From: a bacterium
Lineage (GTDB): Bacteria > Zhuqueibacterota > Zhuqueibacteria > Oceanimicrobiales > Oceanimicrobiaceae
Length of the DNA stretch: 64,000 nt
Direction of reading: 5' to 3'
Assembly: GCA_046757025.1 (NCBI GenBank)
Contig: JBHHXN010000005.1
Location: 25,989 to 89,988 of the forward strand
The notes below the pieces were generated by a model. It did not search any database, had not been told where the DNA came from, and saw only the letters and a list, made by a program, of their open reading frames with translations. Made by a program: the position numbers and the translations under genes. Shown in pieces: positions 30,368 through 38,382 of the stretch (position 1 is its first letter; each line of letters opens with the position of its first letter).

Positions 30368-30958
30368 ATGGAGAAATTAATCGAACGCGTTAAGTCCATT
30401 TTGTTATCACCAAAGGATGCTTTAACTGCTGTCAAGTCTGAAGAAATGACGGTTGTAGAAACCATGAAGGAATATGTGGCGATTCTGGCTGCGATTCCGG
30501 CTGCGGCACAATTCATCGGATTTGCGCTTGTTGGGTTACCAATTGTCGGTCGTTATAACTTTGGCCGATCTTTGCTGTTTGCTATCATTTCTTATATATT
30601 GTCATTGGTTAGTGTGATTGTCGTTGGAAAAGTGATCAATGCATTAGCCCCCAGTTTTAAAGCGGTTAAAAATGATTCAAATGCCTTTAAATTAGCGGTA
30701 TATTCTCTAACCCCAGCCTTTGTTGCCGGTATTTTTAATGCCATTCCCAGCTTATCGGTGTTAGCCTTTTTAGGCTCTTTATACGGGATTTACATTTTGT
30801 ACATTGGTTTGCCCATTTTAATGGACGTGCCAGAAGAAAAGGCGATCGCTTATACGGTCGTCACTTTAATCGTCGTGATGCTGGTGATGATTTTTGTCTA
30901 TTTCATCGCTGGTGCCATTGCCTGGGGTGGCGGCGGCGGGCCGGGTAGAATGTTTTAA
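30368..30958 (+). CDS. Yip1 family membrane protein
   Basis: IERVKSILLSPK, ILAAIP, LAPSF, KLAVYS.TP, LYGIYILY.GLP.LM motifs; AGGAG RBS before ATG 30368. Confidence 0.85.
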   Translation: MEKLIERVKSILLSPKDALTAVKSEEMTVVETMKEYVAILAAIPAAAQFIGFALVGLPIVGRYNFGRSLLFAIISYILSLVSVIVVGKVINALAPSFKAVKNDSNAFKLAVYSLTPAFVAGIFNAIPSLSVLAFLGSLYGIYILYIGLPILMDVPEEKAIAYTVVTLIVVMLVMIFVYFIAGAIAWGGGGGPGRMF

Positions 30959-30999
30959 CCGCCTCGCAATTCATTAAAGACTTTTTGAGTGAATTGAAT

Positions 31000-31033
31000 A
31001 AAGGGCGCAAATGTGATTTTGTGCCCTTTTTTT
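31000..31033 (+). terminator. Intrinsic terminator after dnaE-yip1
   Basis: AAAGGGCGCAAA-loop-TTTGTGCCC-T7. Confidence 0.8.
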
Positions 31034-31161
31034 GTAAGCTCGCCGTTCTGCTTTACTCAAGTTTCGCGCTTAGAGAATTTTAACCTAAACAGAGCGATTT
31101 AGCGTTGAATTGGCCTGTTAACGGGATCTGGTGTTTAGAATCAAAGGTGTTCACGCTTCAG

Positions 31162-31336
31162 AGACTGTGTGAAAAAGTGATATCGCGGCTAAAAACCCAA
31201 TGCGCCATTATTGTCATCCAACAACCGCGGGATCTTTTTAATAAACAGCACTTACGTACAAACAAAATACATTCCGACAGCCAGTCCCGCAATGCGCGGA
31301 AGACAAACCTGGAGTTTGTGCGTTTTCACACAATCT
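31162..31336. mobile_element. MITE-like element with AGACTGTGTGAAAA / TTTTCACACAATCT ends (IS1182-like termini)
   Basis: 13/14 terminal inverted repeat; 175 bp; degenerate TGTCATCC..CGCGGGATC / CCCGC..GCGGAAGACA core; family assignment from recalled end sequences. Confidence 0.6.
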
Positions 31337-31512
31337 GTTCAGCGTGTTTCTCCCCACGCACTCCGGCACATTGAAATGCACCTCGATGATGAATCCCTCG
31401 GTTTGGCTTATAAACTTTTCTGCCAGATTACCGCTTTGTAATTTCTATCCAATCATCCGCAGCGTATTCTGTATTCCGTAATCCATATTCATTTCAAAGT
31501 TCCTATTCACAC

Positions 31513-31552
31513 GTTACATAAACGTAATACCATTTTGTTACCCTATGGTAAT
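31513..31552. promoter_or_regulatory. Tandem palindromic sites, candidate enhancer (UAS) for a sigma-54 activator
   Basis: GTTAC-N6-GTAAT twice, 24 bp apart, ~75-115 bp upstream of a -24/-12 site. Confidence 0.55.
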
Positions 31553-31625
31553 ATCGCATAGAATTAATTTCAATAAAACCTCATTAGCTTTTATTTATTA
31601 AACAGATAGCATAATTGGTTAAAAG

Positions 31626-31641
31626 TGGTACAAGCTTTGCT
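31626..31641 (+). promoter_or_regulatory. sigma-54 (-24/-12) promoter
   Basis: TGGTACAAGCTTTGCT, exact GG-N10-GC spacing. Confidence 0.7.
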
Positions 31642-31710
31642 TTGAAGCTCCACGGAGAAATCATAATGATCTTCATTGAAAAATCACCAAGACTCATGAG
31701 GGCTGAAATC

Positions 31711-32676
31711 ATGAAAACACGGATGCTTGCTTGCCTGATTTTAGGCGTAGTTATGGTTTCGCCGCTATTTAGCAGCGAAACGGCTGTCATCATCAAAGTG
31801 ACGGGTTTGTATGGAATCATCAACAAAGGTACCAACCAGGGACTGCAAGAAGGCCAAGTATTTTATGTCAAAAGAGCAGTGTCTTCGCAATGGCAGGATG
31901 TGGCTAAAGTGAAAGTGATTCGAACCACCGCCAACCGAGCCGCTGTGGAACAAATCACCCATTCCAGAAAATTTGTCATTCAGAAAGGGGACAAGTTGTT
32001 TGCCAACAAGGAGGTTGTTTTCACGCCGCCGGTTGTGCCGAAGAAAGCGGCGGCGCCACCGACGCCGGTGGTAAACAAGCGGCTAGGAAAAAGGCCTGCA
32101 GTCGAACCCATTACCGAACCAGTTAATAAACAGAATGATGTGTCCCTTCCGGAGCCGGCTTATACTTATCAACGCAAAAGCTATCTACGGGAACCGTGGG
32201 TGAGTCTCAATCTGGGTTCCATTTTTCCGAGTGGTGAATTAGGGAATGCCATTTCACCCAGCATAAAATTTGGCGCCAGCTACATGGTGTCTACCGGCAA
32301 CAACTTAAATCTGGGAATTGAAATCAATCGAACTTTTTTTAGCGGTAGCGAATTAGGTAACAGTAATTTGACCGGCAGCAGCATCGAGTCGTCCTCGATA
32401 TTGGAAGCCATCGTGGTGTTTCAAAAATACTTTGGAAATCACTTTTTTATCGAAACCGGCGGCGGCATTTACCGACCCAAAATCAAAACCATTTCGGTGG
32501 ATAAGATCGAATCTAGTTTTTCATCTTCCAATTTTGGCTTGTTTGGCGGAACCGGATTTTTTATCCCCACCAGTAAATATGCCGGATTTACTTTGAAAGG
32601 CAGAATGCACAACTACTTTGATGAAACCACCAAGCAGTATTTCGGTTTGAGTGGCGGTTTTCGTTTTAAAATGTAA
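31711..32676 (+). CDS. Exported protein: FlgT-C-like beta domain, Pro-rich linker, C-terminal outer-membrane beta-barrel
   Basis: Signal peptide; INKG..QGL..G..F.V...VA.VKV...IQKGD; PPVVPKKAAAPPTP linker; amphipathic strands ending GGFRFKM. Confidence 0.6.
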   Translation: MKTRMLACLILGVVMVSPLFSSETAVIIKVTGLYGIINKGTNQGLQEGQVFYVKRAVSSQWQDVAKVKVIRTTANRAAVEQITHSRKFVIQKGDKLFANKEVVFTPPVVPKKAAAPPTPVVNKRLGKRPAVEPITEPVNKQNDVSLPEPAYTYQRKSYLREPWVSLNLGSIFPSGELGNAISPSIKFGASYMVSTGNNLNLGIEINRTFFSGSELGNSNLTGSSIESSSILEAIVVFQKYFGNHFFIETGGGIYRPKIKTISVDKIESSFSSSNFGLFGGTGFFIPTSKYAGFTLKGRMHNYFDETTKQYFGLSGGFRFKM

Positions 32677-32824
32677 CAGATTGTGGTAAAAAAAATCTGG
32701 CCTCGGCAGTTGCTGGGGTCAGGCGAGATGCAGGATCAATAAAATACCGAGGCCAAAATTAATAAGGAGGAATTCTTTTACAAAAGTTATCGACGGCTAT
32801 TTGAAAACCTGAAGTTTTTTTTTG

Positions 32825-32944
32825 AGGGGCGGCCCAATAAAAACTCGCCACGGATCATCTCGGCATAATAGTAGTTTAGACGATTTGTTTAATCAGAGCT
32901 TATCCCTGATTAAAATAACGGAAATGGATTTTTGGGCTGCCCCT
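32825..32944. mobile_element. MITE-like element (AGGGGCGGCCCAA / TTGGGCTGCCCCT ends)
   Basis: 12/13 terminal IR, 120 bp, flanked by TTTTTG on both sides. Confidence 0.55.
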
Positions 32945-32961
32945 TTTTTGATTAAAAAAGG

Positions 32962-33143
32962 TAACTATTCTGCCGGGGTTGTCATTCTCAGCGCAAATTT
33001 CGGGTTCTTTGCTCATCTCCACGGATACGGATGTGCGAAGAATCTCTTAGCCGGTTCGCAGGATGCTTCGCGCAGATACTTCCGCTGTGATGCTGCACAT
33101 TTGTGAGTTTGCGCTCAGCATGACGGTTTAGGCTGAACAGTTA
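32962..33143. mobile_element. MITE-like element with TAACTATTC(T/A)GCC ends and internal REP doublet
   Basis: 11/13 terminal IR; inner IR GTCATTCTCAGCGCAAA (32981-32997) / TTTGCGCTCAGCATGAC (33108-33124). Confidence 0.65.
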
Positions 33144-33152
33144 TTAAAAAAT

Positions 33153-33357
33153 TAACATTTCTCACTTCGTGACGTGATTCATAAACCAACTGTTAATTAA
33201 GAGGTTACTGATTGTTCTACTTTCACCCTGAGCGGAGTCGAAGGGTGACTAGTTCTGGATGTAATTCATGCTTCGACTCCGCTCAGCATGAAGTGAACCT
33301 GTCGTATCTAATTATTTAATATGAACATAGTTTCATAACTTAAAGTGAGAAATGTTA
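33153..33357. mobile_element. MITE-like element with perfect 15-bp ends TAACATTTCTCACTT and internal REP doublet
   Basis: 15/15 terminal IR; inner inverted pair TCACCCTGAGCGGAGTCGAAG (33223) / CTTCGACTCCGCTCAGCATGA (33271). Confidence 0.75.
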
Positions 33358-33378
33358 GTAAAAAAGTTTAAATTATTT

Positions 33379-33817
33379 GTAACGATTCAGTTGTTAGCTA
33401 TCATTCCTGCGAATGCAGGAATCTCCTCCGACATCCATTGAAACAAGTTCAGCGTACAAGTCTTGCCATTCTGGATACATTTCTCGAGGGTCATTTATTC
33501 ATGATTTTTTCCCGAGTTGTCATGGCAGTACTATCGGATGTTTGTTGAAACCACACCAGCTTGTGGCAATGGTGGTTTTTATTAAATCCCTGGCTCAATC
33601 CCTTTTTGTGTTCATCTACACGTTAAAAAAGGTTGTTCGTAACCTGATGTCAAGTGCGTTGTTATGTTTGTTTGACAATATGTACAATTATTAGTTTTCC
33701 ATAATTCTTATACCTGAATTTGTTTCACTTGATTGAACCAGAAAGAATTCTTTTCTGACTTTTGTCCATTGAATCGGGAGACTCCTGCATTCGCAGGAGT
33801 GACACCTGAGTAGCTCC
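33379..33817. mobile_element. Composite element: GTAAC.ATTCAG-type ends, inverted REP pair, GIY-YIG remnant
   Basis: REPs TATCATTCCTGCGAATGCAGGAATCT (33399-33424) and AGACTCCTGCATTCGCAGGAGTGACA (33779-33804), 23/26 inverted match; degenerate outer ends. Confidence 0.7.
33445..33702 (-). pseudogene. Decayed GIY-YIG nuclease gene
   Basis: Manual translation across 2 frameshifts and 4 stops: MEN**LYILSNKHNNALDI / VTNNLF*RVDEHKKGLSQGFNKNHHCHKLVWFQ...REKIMNK* / MYPEWQDLYAEL, matching the small GIY-YIG family pattern YVYIL.N...LYIGVT..L.RRV.EHK...GFT.KY...KLV.....REK..K.W...NP.W.DL. Confidence 0.85.
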
Positions 33818-33857
33818 ATTTATTTTAATAAAGTTAAAAAAAACCTGTAATTTTCAC

Positions 33858-33886
33858 TTGACTAAATGTTAAAAATTCCTTATAAT
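33858..33886 (+). promoter_or_regulatory. sigma-70 promoter of nuo operon
   Basis: TTGACT-17 bp-TATAAT. Confidence 0.85.
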
Positions 33887-33944
33887 GTGCCTTGAAAATT
33901 AACCTGCTCGATTATGACATACCCACAGACACAAAAGGATTTTT

Positions 33945-34373
33945 ATGCTATTTAATTTTGCCGCGATCTTAGTGTTTTTGCTTTTTGGTGCATTGTTTGT
34001 CGGCATAAATTTTCTTTTGTCCAGATTACTACAAACACGAAATCCTTTTCCCAGTAAAATCAGTACTTACGAATGTGGAGAGATTCCCGTAGGTGGCGGC
34101 TGGCTGCAATTCAATATCCGTTTTTACGTCATTGCGCTGATCTTTTTGATATTTGAAGTTGAAATCGTGTTTCTTTTTCCTTGGGCCGTGGTGTTTAAAA
34201 AGCTGGGCGCCTTTGCTTTTGTCGAAATGATGATTTTCATTGTGATATTGCTGGTGGGCCTAGCTTATGCCTGGGTGAAAGGCGATCTGGAATGGGACAC
34301 GCCCACGAGCGTTCCCGCTGCTGAGCACCAAAATTTGATCACCAAATCCCTTACCAAAGAACTGGCTTCTTAA
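33945..34373 (+). CDS. nuoA: Complex I membrane subunit A
   Basis: [39 protein letters not shown]. Confidence 0.96.
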   Translation: MLFNFAAILVFLLFGALFVGINFLLSRLLQTRNPFPSKISTYECGEIPVGGGWLQFNIRFYVIALIFLIFEVEIVFLFPWAVVFKKLGAFAFVEMMIFIVILLVGLAYAWVKGDLEWDTPTSVPAAEHQNLITKSLTKELAS

Positions 34374-34405
34374 ATCATGACTGGAAAGGAATCGAAAAAA
34401 AATTA

Positions 34406-35461
34406 ATGAGTGAATTTATTTCGGAGTTAGCCAGCAGTCAATCCTTTGTAAGTAGTCTTCCTGAATTATTAGTAATTACTATTTTTTTGCTTTTATCCGC
34501 ACTTGTTTTTGCAGTGCTGGCGGCGCTGTTGGCGCTATTTGGCGTTTATTTAGAGCGCAAAATTTCAGCGCACATGCAGGATCGCCTTGGGCCCATGTAT
34601 GTGGGCAGCTGGCATGGTTGGGCGCAAACATTAGCGGATGCCGTAAAACTGCTCATCAAAGAAGATATCGTGCCCGAGCGTGCGGATAAAAAGCTGCATC
34701 TGCTGGCGCCTTTTCTGGTTTTCGCGGCAACCCTGGCAGCGTTTGCCGTACTTCCGTTTGGAAGAAGGCTTATCGTGAGCGATTTGAATATCGGCATTTT
34801 ATACGTCATCGCGATTTCGTCGTTCGTGGTGGTAGGCATCATTCTGGCGGGTTGGGCTTCCAACAACAAATGGTCTTTATTGGGCAGTATGCGCTCCGCC
34901 GCGCAGGTGGTGAGTTTTGAGATCCCAGCGGCGCTGTCAGTGCTGGTGGTGGTGATGGCCGTGGGTACTATGAACCTAGGCAGCATCGTAGTGTTTCAGG
35001 ATGGGGGGATTCACAAATGGCTGGTCTGGAAGTTTTTTCCTTTTAATTTCCTCGCTTTTTTAATTTATTTCGTAGCATCCCTGGCGGAAGTCAACCGAGC
35101 GCCTTTTGACATCCCGGAAGCCGAATCAGAAATTGTGGCGGGATTTCACACGGAATACAGCGGCATGAAATGGGCCATGTTTTTTCTGTCTGAATATGCC
35201 AACATGTTTTTAGTGGGCGTCATCGGTGCCACGCTTTTTCTCGGCGGCTGGTCCAGTCCGTTTGGCGATTTCATGAATGGCGGAGGATTTTCCGTTTTCT
35301 GGATTTGTCTAAAAGCCTTCGGGCTGATTTTTCTGCAGATGTGGCTGCGCTGGACCTTACCGCGTGTGCGGGTGGACCAGCTCATGTACACCTGCTGGAA
35401 AGTGTTGACCCCGTTTGCTTTTTTGGCTATGATCGGTGTGGGAATTTACATGATTATATGA
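34406..35461 (+). CDS. nuoH: Complex I membrane subunit H
   Basis: [59 protein letters not shown]. Confidence 0.97.
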   Translation: MSEFISELASSQSFVSSLPELLVITIFLLLSALVFAVLAALLALFGVYLERKISAHMQDRLGPMYVGSWHGWAQTLADAVKLLIKEDIVPERADKKLHLLAPFLVFAATLAAFAVLPFGRRLIVSDLNIGILYVIAISSFVVVGIILAGWASNNKWSLLGSMRSAAQVVSFEIPAALSVLVVVMAVGTMNLGSIVVFQDGGIHKWLVWKFFPFNFLAFLIYFVASLAEVNRAPFDIPEAESEIVAGFHTEYSGMKWAMFFLSEYANMFLVGVIGATLFLGGWSSPFGDFMNGGGFSVFWICLKAFGLIFLQMWLRWTLPRVRVDQLMYTCWKVLTPFAFLAMIGVGIYMII

Positions 35462-35465
35462 GACT

Positions 35466-35963
35466 ATGAATCTATTTGATATACTTTTTTACGCATTTGC
35501 TGCACTGGCTGTGTCCTCGGCAGCGATTATGGTGTTTTCGAAAAACGTGGTCTATTCTGCGGTGGGCCTGCTGTTTACGTTTGCCGGCGTTGCGGGGATC
35601 TATGTACTGTTAGCCGCCGATTTTTTGGCCATCGTGCAGATACTGGTATATGTGGGCGGCATTTTAATGCTGATTTTGTTTGGCATCATGCTTTCCCAGA
35701 GAATCACCAATGTTGAATTTCGAACCGGTGCGTTGCAGCTTTTTCCAGCGGTGCTGGTGGTCGGCGGGGTGCTGGCCATTTTGATCAGAATGATCTACAA
35801 AACGCCCTGGAAAACCGTACAAAATATCGATTTTAATCCATCCACCGAGGCCATCGGATTTTTGCTGATGACCGATTATTTGATTCCGTTTGAAATCGTT
35901 TCCGTGCTGTTGTTGGCTGCTTTGATCGGCGCCGCTTTCATTGCCAGAAAGGAGCAAAGTTGA
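35466..35963 (+). CDS. nuoJ: Complex I membrane subunit J
   Basis: N.VYSA, ADFLAIVQILVYVGGI..L.LFGIML, YLIPFEIVSVLLL. Confidence 0.95.
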   Translation: MNLFDILFYAFAALAVSSAAIMVFSKNVVYSAVGLLFTFAGVAGIYVLLAADFLAIVQILVYVGGILMLILFGIMLSQRITNVEFRTGALQLFPAVLVVGGVLAILIRMIYKTPWKTVQNIDFNPSTEAIGFLLMTDYLIPFEIVSVLLLAALIGAAFIARKEQS

Positions 35964-36271
35964 TGACCATTACTTTAACTCATTATCTGACTTTAAGCGC
36001 CGTTCTCTTTTCGCTGGGTCTTTTGTGTGTCATCACGAAAAAGAATGCCATCGCCGTGCTCATGGGAGTGGAATTGATTTTAAATGCCGCCAATATCAAC
36101 TTCGTGGCCTTTGCGCGATTCGTGGACACCGACTTGGACGGACAGGTGTTTGCTATTTTCGTGATCGTCACCGCAGCGGCAGCGGCGGCGGTTGCTCTGG
36201 CCATCGTTTTGAATTTATATGAACGACTAAAATCCATCGATCTGGATGAAGCGGATTCGTTAGCCCGGTAG
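35963..36271 (+). CDS. nuoK: Complex I membrane subunit K
   Basis: KNAI..LMGVELILNAANINFVAF, GQVFAIFVI; TGATG overlap with nuoJ. Confidence 0.95.
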   Translation: MTITLTHYLTLSAVLFSLGLLCVITKKNAIAVLMGVELILNAANINFVAFARFVDTDLDGQVFAIFVIVTAAAAAAVALAIVLNLYERLKSIDLDEADSLAR

Positions 36272-36309
36272 GATACGGAGTTGAATTCACTGAAAGAGTA
36301 AAATAGTCT

Positions 36310-38298
36310 ATGATTACCAACGCCATTTTGATTTTACTTTTGCCGATATGTGCATTTACCATTCAAATTTTTCTTGGTAAAAGATTGCCGCGAAAAGGGG
36401 ACTGGCTGCCGACCGGCGCCATGTTTATCGCGTTCTTTTTAGCGGTTCCCATTTTTTGGCAAGCCCTTTCGCAGTATGATCCCGACTTCAAAATTACCCG
36501 GACCTGGAATTGGATCGATTTTGGCGCCGTGTCGGTTTCGTTCGGAATCCACATCGACAATTTGACCGCGATCATGTTGATCGTGGTGACTCTGATCAGC
36601 GCGCTCATTCATCTCTATTCCATCGGCTACATGCACGGCGATGCGCGCTACAGCCGGTATTTTGCTTATTTATCGCTGTTTTCTTTCTCCATGCTAGGCC
36701 TGATTTTAGTCGATAACTTTTTCGGCATTTACATTTTTTGGGAATTGGTGGGATTATCGTCCTACCTGCTCATCGGATTCTGGTTTGAAAAAGATTCGGC
36801 TGCCAACGCCGGCAAGAAGGCTTTTATCACCAATCGTATAGGGGATGTGGGGATGTTCGCCGGCATTCTGATTATATTTACCTCTCTGGGCGTGTTAAAT
36901 TTTGAAGAAGTTTTCAAAAACGTGGCCGACGGTCATCTCAGTGGCGGATTGTTGACCGCCGCCGGCATTTTGATCTTTTGCGGCGCCGTGGGCAAATCAG
37001 CGCAATTTCCACTGCACGTTTGGCTGCCCGACGCCATGGAAGGTCCGACGCCGGTCAGCGCGTTGATCCACGCCGCAACCATGGTTGCGGCCGGAGTGTA
37101 TCTGGTGGGCCGCGTTTTCGTATTTTTCACCGCCGATGCGCTGCTGGTGATCGCCTACATCGGCACCATCACCGCTTTTATGGCAGCTACTATTGCTATC
37201 GTTCAAAAAGATATCAAACGAGTTTTGGCTTATTCTACCATAAGCCAGCTGGGGTATATGATGGTCGGCCTGGGTACGGGAGGGTATACCGCAGGCCTTT
37301 TCCATCTCACCACACATGCATTTTTCAAAGCCCTGCTGTTTCTGGGCTCGGGCAGCGTCATTCATGCTGTGCACACCCAGGACATGAGTGAAATGGGTGG
37401 GTTGCGCAAAAAAATGCCCATCACGTTTGTGACATTTTTAATCGCAACTTTAGCGATTTCCGGGGTGCCTCCTTTGTCCGGTTTCTGGAGCAAAGACGCC
37501 ATTTTAGCGGCATCCCTTGAGTTTGGCATGACGCACCCGCAGCATTTAATCATTTTTATCGTTATGTTGTTATCTGCAGGCATTACCGCTTTTTACATGT
37601 TTCGATTGGTTTATCTAACTTTTACCGGCAGTGCAAGAGTAAAAGAAAAATTTGATCATGCCCACGAATCGCCGCTGGTGATGACCCTCCCGTTGTCGAT
37701 TCTGGCGCTCTTTTCAGTGGGTACCATCTGGTGGGGATGGTATGCGCATTTGATGCCTACACCCGAATTAACTTCGTATGCCAGTGTGGTCGGACACGCG
37801 GTGGAATCACACGCAGGCGCACACGAATCCTCCGCACATCTGGCCCACAACATCGCCCTGGTGCTTTCTGTGGTGGTAGCGGGGTTGGGAATCCTGATTG
37901 CCACTGCCACCTACTACTGGAAAAAAATCTCCGCAGAAGCCTGGGGCAGGCGATTGCAGCCAATTTACAAATTATTGTGGAATAAATATTATTTCGATGA
38001 GCTGTATGGCGCCACCGTCATCAAAGCCACCTTGCTTTTTAGTAAATTCTCAGCGCTGTTTGATCTGCGATTCATCGACGGCTTCGTCAACGGTACGGCT
38101 CGATGGACCGCGAAGTTATCTTTTGCTGAGGGCAAATTTGATTTGAAAATCATCGATGGCCTGGTCAATCTCGTGGGTAGAATCGTGCAATATTTTGGGG
38201 CGCAATTACGGGAAATTCAAACCGGCAAAGTCCAGAGTTATATTTTGATGGCGTTAGCTGGCATCGTTGCGCTTTATATCATTCAGCTTTTACCTTAA
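36310..38298 (+). CDS. nuoL: Complex I membrane subunit L with lengthened transverse helix
   Basis: YSIGYM, WELVG..SYLLIGFW, GKSAQFPLHVWLPDAMEGPTPVSALIHAATMV, THAFFKALLFL, QTG; duplicated FD..IDG.VN unit. Confidence 0.97.
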   Translation: MITNAILILLLPICAFTIQIFLGKRLPRKGDWLPTGAMFIAFFLAVPIFWQALSQYDPDFKITRTWNWIDFGAVSVSFGIHIDNLTAIMLIVVTLISALIHLYSIGYMHGDARYSRYFAYLSLFSFSMLGLILVDNFFGIYIFWELVGLSSYLLIGFWFEKDSAANAGKKAFITNRIGDVGMFAGILIIFTSLGVLNFEEVFKNVADGHLSGGLLTAAGILIFCGAVGKSAQFPLHVWLPDAMEGPTPVSALIHAATMVAAGVYLVGRVFVFFTADALLVIAYIGTITAFMAATIAIVQKDIKRVLAYSTISQLGYMMVGLGTGGYTAGLFHLTTHAFFKALLFLGSGSVIHAVHTQDMSEMGGLRKKMPITFVTFLIATLAISGVPPLSGFWSKDAILAASLEFGMTHPQHLIIFIVMLLSAGITAFYMFRLVYLTFTGSARVKEKFDHAHESPLVMTLPLSILALFSVGTIWWGWYAHLMPTPELTSYASVVGHAVESHAGAHESSAHLAHNIALVLSVVVAGLGILIATATYYWKKISAEAWGRRLQPIYKLLWNKYYFDELYGATVIKATLLFSKFSALFDLRFIDGFVNGTARWTAKLSFAEGKFDLKIIDGLVNLVGRIVQYFGAQLREIQTGKVQSYILMALAGIVALYIIQLLP

Positions 38299-38345
38299 TT
38301 TGAACGTACAAAGTCGAACCCCGATTTTTCCCAATTGTTTAGAGG
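38288..38345. repeat. Truncated left end of element family B overlapping the nuoL stop codon
   Basis: TTTTACCTTAATTTGAACGTACAAAGTCGAACCCCGATTTTTCCCAATTGTTTAG aligns with 9348-9406. Confidence 0.6.
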
Positions 38346-38382
38346 GGCCAAATAAATGGGAGGTAGAAAGGATAAATAAAAG

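Noticed and set aside
31105..31441. Two short overlapping ORFs (89 and 76 aa)
   Set aside because: Run through a MITE-like element; no recognisable motif or RBS
32822..33106. 94-aa ORF
   Set aside because: Spans two adjacent repeat elements; no protein-like features
33413..33694. 93-aa plus-strand ORF
   Set aside because: Antisense shadow of the GIY-YIG pseudogene; starts inside a REP
32677..33944. CRISPR array or attC array in the repeat-rich spacer
   Set aside because: Repeats are inverted and heterogeneous, not regularly spaced direct repeats; no cas genes; no convincing RYYYAAC/GTTRRRY cassette structure
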